64,000 nt of DNA from an uncultured Planctomycetota bacterium (GTDB lineage: Bacteria > Planctomycetota > Planctomycetia > Isosphaerales > Isosphaeraceae), in NCBI GenBank assembly GCA_963737655.1, contig CAVTTN010000002.1, forward strand, positions 2,080,001 through 2,144,000, given 5' to 3'. How positions within the stretch are numbered: position 1 is the stretch's first letter; each line of letters starts with the position of its first letter. The translations under genes were made by a program, and so were the position numbers. This document shows, piece after piece, positions 57,107 to 64,000 of this stretch. Below the pieces are notes generated by a model. It did not search any database. It was not told where the DNA came from and saw only the letters and a list, made by a program, of their open reading frames with translations.

Positions 57107-58201
57107 TCACCGCCCCGAGAGGATCGCCTCGTGGACCATCCTCGGGGTGACGGTCACGAGCGTCTTGCCCGTCCGGGAATGGACCTTCGCCGTGGCGAAA
57201 TAGGTGTTCGGGGCGAAGTCGTCGATCGACCAGCGGGCGACGGCCCGGGCGAAATCCTTGCCTTCGGGGCCGAAGGGTTGGATCGGGGCGGGCAGGGTCT
57301 TCAGGACCTTGCCGTCGGCGTCGAGGAGCCGGATCTCGACCGTGCCGACGACCTCGACGAACTCCGGAGGGATCGCCACGACGGCCTGGACCTCGGCCCT
57401 CTTCGGCTGGGTCCAGGGCGTCTCGACCCACATCGGGAACGAGGCCGGGCCGGCGGCGGGCAGGTAGTCGGGGTCGAAGTTCCTGACCAGTTGCATCAGC
57501 CCGAGGGACGCCGGCTGCTGGACCGACAGCGGCGACCCGAAGGCGAACGTCCGGTCGGTCCGGCCTCCGCCGTCTCCGCTGCACAATTCGGCGTCCAGGG
57601 CGATCAGGGCGCCGATTTCGGGCCGGAATTTGGGGAAATTCGCCCAGGGCAGCTTGAACTCGACCTCATCCCCCCAGGGATGGACCGTCGCGGCGACGGC
57701 CACTCCGCTGAGCTTCGTGCCGCTCGTGGCGATCCCCGAACGGATCACCCATCGGGGCTTGAGCGCCTGGCCCTCGAACGGCGAATAAAACAGGTGGACG
57801 GCCCCCTCGGTCCAGTCCTTGCCTCGAAGGGCGTTCCTGGGGCGGGTATCGAGGTAGAACTCCACGGCGTCGCCGTCGTAGATCGCGCCCTGGGCGCCGG
57901 GATCGGCCCGGTGGGTGTCCAGGGATCGCAGGCCGATGTACAGGGCCTCGTCATCCCACTGATAGAAGAATTGCGCGGCCCTCTCGGCGAGGTCCGCGTG
58001 ATTGTAGTGGACCGGGGTGCAATAGGCGGTCGCCCACTCGTCGAGCGAGCCGTCGAGCTTGACCCCGCCGGAGGCGCGGGTGACCAGGCCCCGGACGCCT
58101 TCCGCCAGCGGAGGGGCGTCCTGGGCCCGGGCGGCCCCGTCGAGGCCCGGGAGGCTCAGCATGAGGGCGATCGTGACGAGGCGCATCGCGAGGAGTCCCA
58201 T
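57107..58201 (-). CDS. secreted CBM9/DOMON-like sugar-binding domain protein
   Basis: Signal peptide; VKLDGSLDEW, YQWDDEALYIG, DGDAVEFYLD, VEFKLPW. Confidence 0.75.
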   Translation of the reverse strand: MGLLAMRLVTIALMLSLPGLDGAARAQDAPPLAEGVRGLVTRASGGVKLDGSLDEWATAYCTPVHYNHADLAERAAQFFYQWDDEALYIGLRSLDTHRADPGAQGAIYDGDAVEFYLDTRPRNALRGKDWTEGAVHLFYSPFEGQALKPRWVIRSGIATSGTKLSGVAVAATVHPWGDEVEFKLPWANFPKFRPEIGALIALDAELCSGDGGGRTDRTFAFGSPLSVQQPASLGLMQLVRNFDPDYLPAAGPASFPMWVETPWTQPKRAEVQAVVAIPPEFVEVVGTVEIRLLDADGKVLKTLPAPIQPFGPEGKDFARAVARWSIDDFAPNTYFATAKVHSRTGKTLVTVTPRMVHEAILSGR

Positions 58202-58423
58202 TCCGAAGGTTGACGAAGCGAGGCGGCGGAGCGACTTTACGGCCGCGATCCGGGCGAATCAAGCGGTTCATCCGCGGTCATCGGGTCGGCCTCGATCGCG
58301 CGGGCCTGCCCCTTCTTTCGGCGGTTGGGCTCGCTTAGGATGGCCGACGGGTCATGCTCCCGGCCGGCTGCCGAGGCCGGGGGTTCCCTCCGGACCCCCC
58401 TTCGCCCGCAAGGAGAGACCGCC

Positions 58424-61400
58424 GTGACGATTCGCCACCCCCGCGCGCGTCGAGGCCTTGCCCTCGCGGCCGTTGCCGTCGGATCGCTCGTCTGCCCCTC
58501 GGCGCTCCGGGCCCAGATCCCCCTGGAAGGGGCCGCGCCGGCCCGCTGGATCTGGACCGAGCCGGGCGCGACCCACCCGGCCGGCACCGCCTGCTTTCGC
58601 AAGCGGTTCGAGGTCAAGGAACACGGCTCGAAGCTCGCCCTGGACGTCACGGCCGATAACGCCGTCGCCCTCTATCTCGACGGCAAGCCCGTGGCCCGAT
58701 CCAGCGATTGGAGGGTGGCGAAGGCCGTCGAGGCGACGTTGAACGCCGGCCCTCACGTCCTCGCGGCGGAGGTCACCAACGACGCGCCCGGGGCCGCGGG
58801 GTTCCTGCTCCGGGGGGCGCTCCATCCCCTGGGACAGGTCGCGCCGGTCCATACCGATTCGTCGTGGAAGGCCGCGGGCTCGGTCCCTCGGGGAGAGGGC
58901 TGGCGAAAGGTCGAATTCGACGATTCCGCCTGGGGCCAGGCCGTCGATCTCGGCCCCCTGGAGACGCCTCCGTGGAAGGGCGTGGTGTTCGCCTCGGGCG
59001 AAGGGCGGTTCCGGACGCCCGAAGGGTTCCGCGTGTCGCTCGTGGCGAGCCCCGAGCTGACCGGCTCGGTCCTCGCCCTGGCCTTCGACCCCGAGGGTCG
59101 GCCCTGCGTGAGCTCGGAACGCGGGCCGATCTCCCGATTGGTCGATCCCGACGGCGACGGCCGGTTCGAATCGAAAGTCGTGATCGCCGCTCAGATGAGC
59201 AACTGCCAGGGCCTGACCTTCGGCCTCGGCCATCTCTTCGCCGTGGGGAACGGCCCCGAGGGCCCGGGGATCTATCGCCTGGACGACCCCGACGGCGACG
59301 GCCGGTTCGAATCGGCGGCGCTGCTCCGCGGGACCACGGCCGGGATGCAGGAGCACGGCCCCCATGCCGTGGTCCTCGGGCCGGACGGCTCCCTGTACGT
59401 CAACAACGGCAACCACGCCCATCTGAACGGCCCGATCGACCCGAAGAGCCCGGCCAATGTGGCCTATGAAGGGGAGCTGCTCCCGCACTACAACGACCCC
59501 CGAGGCCACGCCGCCGGCATCCTCGCCCCGTGCGGCGAGATCCTCCGGAGCGACGACCAGGGGAAGACCTGGTCGCGGGTCTCCGCCGGGTATCGCAACG
59601 CGTATGACTTCGCGTTCAACCGAGACGGCGAGTGCTTCACCTTCGACAGCGACATGGAATGGGACGTCGGCCTGCCCTGGTATCGGCCGGTCCGGGTCCT
59701 CCACGCGGTCCCCGGCGGCGAGTTCGGCTCCCGGAACGGCTCGGCGGTCTGGCCGTCGTACTTCTTCGACGGCCTGCCGAGCACGCTGGACCTCGGCCGG
59801 GGCAGCCCCACCGGCGTGACGTTCTACCAGGGGCAGGCGTTCCCGCCGGAATATGTCGACAACCTCCTGCTCTGCGACTGGTCGCAAGGGCGAATCCTGG
59901 CGGTCTCGATGACGAGGGACGGGGCCTCGTTCCGGGCCGGGGAGCCTCGTGAGCTGGTCTCGGGACAGCCGTTGAACTGCACCGACCTCGAGGTCGGGCC
60001 CGACGGCGCGGTCTACTTCGCCACCGGGGGCCGCTCGACGCTCGGCGGCCTTTACAAGCTGGAATGGGCGGGCAAGAAAGGGCCGAGCATGCTGAAGGGC
60101 CCGTTCGTGATGGAGGCCGTGGGGATCGCCTCGCCATCCTCGGCGTTCTCCCGGGCCCGGATCGCCCGGATGAAGGCGGAGAACCCGAAGTTCTGGGAGC
60201 GTGACCTCACGACGATGGCGGGCATCCCGGGCATGGCCTCGGGCTTCCGCCGCCGGGCGTTGCAGGTCCTCCATGAGTTCGGCCCGAAGCCGTCGGAGGA
60301 GGTCCTGGTGATCCTCGCCCGGGACCGCGCCCCCGAGGTCCGCGCCGAGGCCCTGGCCCAGCTCGGGATGCGGACGTCCGACGAGGCTCGCCGGGCGATC
60401 GCCGGGGCCCTCAAGGATGACGATCCGTTCGTCCGCCGTCGGGCGTGCGATGCCCTGGTGCGATCCGGCGGGCCGATCCCGGCGGCGCCACTGGTCCCCT
60501 TGCTGGAGGACGACGATCGCCACGTCCGTTATGCCGCGAGGATCGCCCTGGAGCATGGGGACCCGGCCAAGGGGTTGGACACGACCACGCTCGGCCCCCG
60601 GGGCGAACCGACGCAGACCGCCCGAGGGCGTCGCCTCGCACTGCTCGGGATGGTCCGGGCCTCGCCGATGGACGCCCAGGCGAGCGAGGCCCTGATCCGC
60701 CAGTTGGAGCTGGAGGCGTCGAGGCCGTCGCCGGGCTCCGAGGGATTCGTCGAGACCCTCCGGCTGATCGGCCTGGCCTACGCCCGGGGCGGGATCCGGC
60801 CGAGGGACGTCCCGGCGACCGAGGGGTTCCGCCAGGCCCTGGCCCGCCGGTTCGAGGAGCTCTTCACCCTGATGGACACGGCGACCGGCCGGCTGATCCT
60901 CCCGAAGGACCAGGGACCGAAGCTCCGCGCGAAACATGCCCCGATCCGCCGAGAAACGGCCCGGATGCTCGCCTTCCTCGGCGGCCCCGAGGCCGTCCCC
61001 CTGATCCTCAAGGCGCAGGCCGACGAGACCGACCACGCCGGGCAGATCCACTATGCCTATTGCCTCCGCAACCTCAAGGAGGGCTGGACCCCCGAGACCC
61101 GCAAGCAATTCTGGGCCTGGTTCGAGACCGCCAGCCGGTGGGACGGCGGGTTCAGCGTCCTGGGCTACCTCGACGCGATGATCGCCGACTTCCTCCCCGT
61201 GATCCCCCCGGCCGAGAAGGCCGAATTCCTCGCCTCCGCCGCGACCCATCCCTTCCCCGCCCGCCTCCTGTTCCGAGACCTCGACCTCCAGGCCGAGCCC
61301 GGGCGGATCCGGTCGATCCCCGCGCTGTACTCGGCCCTGGAGGGCTCGCCGAACCGATCGGCGGCCAATGACCTCCGCGTCCTGATCCTCGAAAAGCTCG

Positions 61401-62308
61401 GCCAGAGCGGCACGGCCGAGGCCCACGCCGCCCTCCGCGACCTGGCGAGGTCCGACCCCGCCCGCCGAGACCTGATCGCCCGGGCCCTGAGCAACCATCC
61501 GAACCCCGACGACCTGCCGTTCCTCGTCTCGGCCCTGGAATCGCGCGACCCGAACACCACCAGCGGAGTGCTCTCCGCGTTGATGACGCTCGACGCGAGG
61601 CCGACCGGCCCCGAAGGCCCGCGAAACCTCCTGCGACTGGCCCGGCGGACCGGGCCGGCGATGCGGGGCCCCTTGAACGCGATCGCCTCGAAGTGGCTCG
61701 GCTGCTCGGCCCCCCTGGAATCGAGCTTCGCCGAGACGATGGCCCATTGGGAGCGGCTCTACCGCGAACAGTTCCCCGACGCCCCCGCGCTCGACGCCGA
61801 CAACGGCGGCCAGAACGCCTACACGCTCGCCCAGCTCCTGACCGGCGTGATGCAGTCGCCCGCGAGGAAAAACGCCTCCGCCGAGAGGGGAAAGGCCGTG
61901 ATCGCCCGCGCCCGGTGCCTCGATTGCCACAAGCTGGGGGACTCCGGCGCCGCGATCGGGCCGGACCTCTCCACCGTCTCCAGCCGGTTCCGACCGAACG
62001 AGGTCCTCGAAGCGATCGTCGAGCCCTCGAAGGTCATCTCCGACCAGTACCGATCCACCGTCGTGGCGACCACCGACGGCAAGGTCTTCGACGGCCTGGC
62101 CGCCGGAGGCGACGGAACGTCCCTGATCCTCCTGCGGGCCGACGGCTCCAGGGTCACGATCCCCCGGAAGGACATCGAGGCCCAGAAGGAATCGACGGTC
62201 TCGGTCATGCCCGAAGGGCTGCTCAACTCGCTGTCGTTCCAGGACATCGCCGACCTGCTCGCCCTCTTCGAGGCCCAGCCCCGGGCCGATCCGTCGGCCA
62301 AGAAGTGA
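58424..62308 (+). CDS. PVC-type heme-binding putative membrane-bound dehydrogenase (galactose-binding-like domain, beta-propeller, HEAT repeats, cytochrome c)
   Basis: RBS AAGGAG, GTG 58424; WIW...FRKRF...TADN...TDSSWK; EHGPH, GYRNAYD, FDSDMEWDVGLPWYRP; HEAT repeats; CLDCH, IGPDL, VEPSKVIS, SVMPEGL. Confidence 0.88.
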   Translation: MTIRHPRARRGLALAAVAVGSLVCPSALRAQIPLEGAAPARWIWTEPGATHPAGTACFRKRFEVKEHGSKLALDVTADNAVALYLDGKPVARSSDWRVAKAVEATLNAGPHVLAAEVTNDAPGAAGFLLRGALHPLGQVAPVHTDSSWKAAGSVPRGEGWRKVEFDDSAWGQAVDLGPLETPPWKGVVFASGEGRFRTPEGFRVSLVASPELTGSVLALAFDPEGRPCVSSERGPISRLVDPDGDGRFESKVVIAAQMSNCQGLTFGLGHLFAVGNGPEGPGIYRLDDPDGDGRFESAALLRGTTAGMQEHGPHAVVLGPDGSLYVNNGNHAHLNGPIDPKSPANVAYEGELLPHYNDPRGHAAGILAPCGEILRSDDQGKTWSRVSAGYRNAYDFAFNRDGECFTFDSDMEWDVGLPWYRPVRVLHAVPGGEFGSRNGSAVWPSYFFDGLPSTLDLGRGSPTGVTFYQGQAFPPEYVDNLLLCDWSQGRILAVSMTRDGASFRAGEPRELVSGQPLNCTDLEVGPDGAVYFATGGRSTLGGLYKLEWAGKKGPSMLKGPFVMEAVGIASPSSAFSRARIARMKAENPKFWERDLTTMAGIPGMASGFRRRALQVLHEFGPKPSEEVLVILARDRAPEVRAEALAQLGMRTSDEARRAIAGALKDDDPFVRRRACDALVRSGGPIPAAPLVPLLEDDDRHVRYAARIALEHGDPAKGLDTTTLGPRGEPTQTARGRRLALLGMVRASPMDAQASEALIRQLELEASRPSPGSEGFVETLRLIGLAYARGGIRPRDVPATEGFRQALARRFEELFTLMDTATGRLILPKDQGPKLRAKHAPIRRETARMLAFLGGPEAVPLILKAQADETDHAGQIHYAYCLRNLKEGWTPETRKQFWAWFETASRWDGGFSVLGYLDAMIADFLPVIPPAEKAEFLASAATHPFPARLLFRDLDLQAEPGRIRSIPALYSALEGSPNRSAANDLRVLILEKLGQSGTAEAHAALRDLARSDPARRDLIARALSNHPNPDDLPFLVSALESRDPNTTSGVLSALMTLDARPTGPEGPRNLLRLARRTGPAMRGPLNAIASKWLGCSAPLESSFAETMAHWERLYREQFPDAPALDADNGGQNAYTLAQLLTGVMQSPARKNASAERGKAVIARARCLDCHKLGDSGAAIGPDLSTVSSRFRPNEVLEAIVEPSKVISDQYRSTVVATTDGKVFDGLAAGGDGTSLILLRADGSRVTIPRKDIEAQKESTVSVMPEGLLNSLSFQDIADLLALFEAQPRADPSAKK

Positions 62309-62312
62309 GGCC

Positions 62313-62399
62313 GGGTGGCATGCTCACGTCTTCGTGAGCATGTGTTCGGCCAGGACTTCGGGACGTAGGCATGCTCACGAAGACGTGAGCATGCCACCC
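62313..62399. repeat. REP-like doublet of the GGGTGGCATG family
   Basis: 30-bp perfect inverted repeat GGGTGGCATGCTCACGTCTTCGTGAGCATG (62313-62342) versus 62370-62399; each arm is self-complementary. Confidence 0.85.
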
Positions 62400-62510
62400 A
62401 GGATGGTTTCGTCCGGGCCTCTGCTCCGCCCGGCGCCCGGATCTTTGCCTTTCGCCCCGAGAGTCCCGGAGGCTAGAATCGTCGCGTCCTGGACCGTGAG
62501 GGGGCACGCG

Positions 62511-63578
62511 ATGGCTCGGGGAGAGGTTCGGATCGGGATCGTCGGCGCCGGGTCGATCGCGAGGAAACGGCACCTGCCGGGCTTCCGCGCGATCCCGGGC
62601 GTCCGCGTGATGGGGGTTTGCAACTCGCGTCGGGAGTCGTCCAACCGGGTGGCCCGGGAGTACGACATCCCCAAGATCTTCGGGAGCTGGGAGCACCTCG
62701 TCGAAGATGCGGACATCGACGCCGTGGTGATCGGGACGTGGCCCTACTTGCATTGCCCGATCACCCTGGCGGCCCTGGATGCCGGCAAGCACGTCCTCAC
62801 CCAGGCGAGGATGGCGATGAACGCCCGCGAGGCCCAGAGGATGCTGGACCGCTCCCGGGAATGCCCCGCCCAGACGACGATGGTCGTCCCCAGCCCCTAT
62901 GGCCTCGTGGGTGAGGAGTTCGTTCGGTCGTTGATCGACGACGGGTTCCTCGGCCACCTGCGAGAGGTCCACGTCACGGGCCGATCCTCGGCGCTGGCCG
63001 ACCCCAAGTCGCCGCTTTCGTGGCGGCAGATCACGAAATACTCCGGGTTCAACATGCTGAACCTGGGCATCCTGTACGAGTCGGTCCTCCGCTGGGTGCC
63101 GCCGGCCGACCGCGTCCTGGCCCACGCCTCGAAGCTGATCCCCAAGCGGCTGGACCCCGAGACGGGCAAGGCCGCTCGGGTGGGGACGGCCGACCATGTG
63201 GGCGTCCTCACGGGCCAGGAAGACGGCTCGGTCGGGGTGTACCGGCTCAGCGGGGTGGTCCTCCACGGCGAGGAGATGACCGTCGAGCTCTTCGGATCGG
63301 CCGGGTCCTTGCGATACGACCTCATCCGCGACGAGCTCTTCGGGGCGAAGAAAGACCAGGCCGAACTTCAACCGATGGCGATTCCCGAGGCCCGGCGAGG
63401 GGGTTGGAACGTCGAGGCGGAGTTCATCGGGGCGATCCGGGGGGAGAACCCGGTGGTCCACACCGACTTCCTCACCGCGGCCCGCTACATGCAATTCACC
63501 GAGGCCGTGGCCAGGAGCTCCCGGCACCAGCAGCCGGTGGGCCTGCCCCTGAAGGAGTTCTCCAACCCGAGCCTGTGA
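62511..63578 (+). CDS. Gfo/Idh/MocA family oxidoreductase
   Basis: RIGIVGAGSIA, DIDAVVIGTWPYLH, ALDAGKHVLTQARMA. Confidence 0.9.
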   Translation: MARGEVRIGIVGAGSIARKRHLPGFRAIPGVRVMGVCNSRRESSNRVAREYDIPKIFGSWEHLVEDADIDAVVIGTWPYLHCPITLAALDAGKHVLTQARMAMNAREAQRMLDRSRECPAQTTMVVPSPYGLVGEEFVRSLIDDGFLGHLREVHVTGRSSALADPKSPLSWRQITKYSGFNMLNLGILYESVLRWVPPADRVLAHASKLIPKRLDPETGKAARVGTADHVGVLTGQEDGSVGVYRLSGVVLHGEEMTVELFGSAGSLRYDLIRDELFGAKKDQAELQPMAIPEARRGGWNVEAEFIGAIRGENPVVHTDFLTAARYMQFTEAVARSSRHQQPVGLPLKEFSNPSL

Positions 63579-63584
63579 CACGTT

Positions 63585-64000
63585 CTAGGCGACGGACGAG
63601 GCCAGCCCGACCCCTTCCTGGGCCGTCTCGGGCTTCGTGGCGGGTCCGGCGTCGTCCTCGGAGTCCTCGGCCGGCATCCGCCCGAGGCATCGGTTGAACG
63701 TGGCCAGCGTGAGCAGGTACAGGATCGCCGCGACGCTGAAATAGGCGAGCATCCAGAACGTGGCCCAGGGGAGCTGATGCTTCCACGCCCGGATCTGGTG
63801 ATCGTTGTCCCCCAGGATCATCGAGCTGGTGTAGGCCAGGCCCATCCACGGGCTGGCCGAGGCCAGGCCCAGCCCCACGAACTCCTGGCCGGGTCCGCCG
63901 CCGGGCCGGATCACCAGCATCGCCGTGAAGAGCCACCCGACGGTCATCAAGACGTACAGGGTGACCGTCGTCCCCACGGCTCGGCCCAGGCGCTTCATCC
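63585..64000 (-). CDS. C-terminal part of a membrane protein, probably an ABC-2-type permease (truncated by the window edge)
   Basis: Open frame running off the window with TM helices and a TFNRCLGR ending like planctomycete ABC permease subunits. Confidence 0.5.
   Translation of the reverse strand, partial: MKRLGRAVGTTVTLYVLMTVGWLFTAMLVIRPGGGPGQEFVGLGLASASPWMGLAYTSSMILGDNDHQIRAWKHQLPWATFWMLAYFSVAAILYLLTLATFNRCLGRMPAEDSEDDAGPATKPETAQEGVGLASSVA

Noticed and set aside
1..64000. Frequent CGATCG/GCGATCGC (HIP1-like) palindromes
   Set aside because: Most instances checked fit Ala-Ile-Ala type codon strings in high-GC genes; over-representation cannot be claimed without a codon-aware count

Overview
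High-GC 64 kb chromosomal window that reads as a planctomycete, probably Isosphaeraceae-like. This is inferred from the DUF1559, DUF1549/DUF1553, DUF1501, LEPR-XLL, PVC-type heme-binding and PEP-CTERM proteins. About 40 real CDSs are present; most other long ORFs in the track are GC-rich shadow frames. I found no rRNA, tRNA, CRISPR array, integrase or transposase. Main content: glgP; a PrsW-type protease; a DUF1559 cassette with a PI-PLC-like enzyme; PEP-CTERM and ASPIC/UnbV surface proteins; a Ser/Thr kinase coupled to a ~1945-aa FG-GAP protein; a DUF1549/1553-DUF1501-EF-hand operon; and a ~20 kb, 12-gene minus-strand MoxR/vWA envelope operon (35256-55607). The most interesting items are: that uncharacterised operon; a protein made only of non-catalytic PKS linker and structural parts (14127-15410); a three-gene cassette of amphipathic peptide, secreted Pro/Thr protein and papain-like protease (16776-18558); two unusual domain fusions; a doubly inactivated retropepsin module; two single-base frameshifts; and several families of REP-like inverted repeats. 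All domain calls come from motif recognition by eye; no database search was run.
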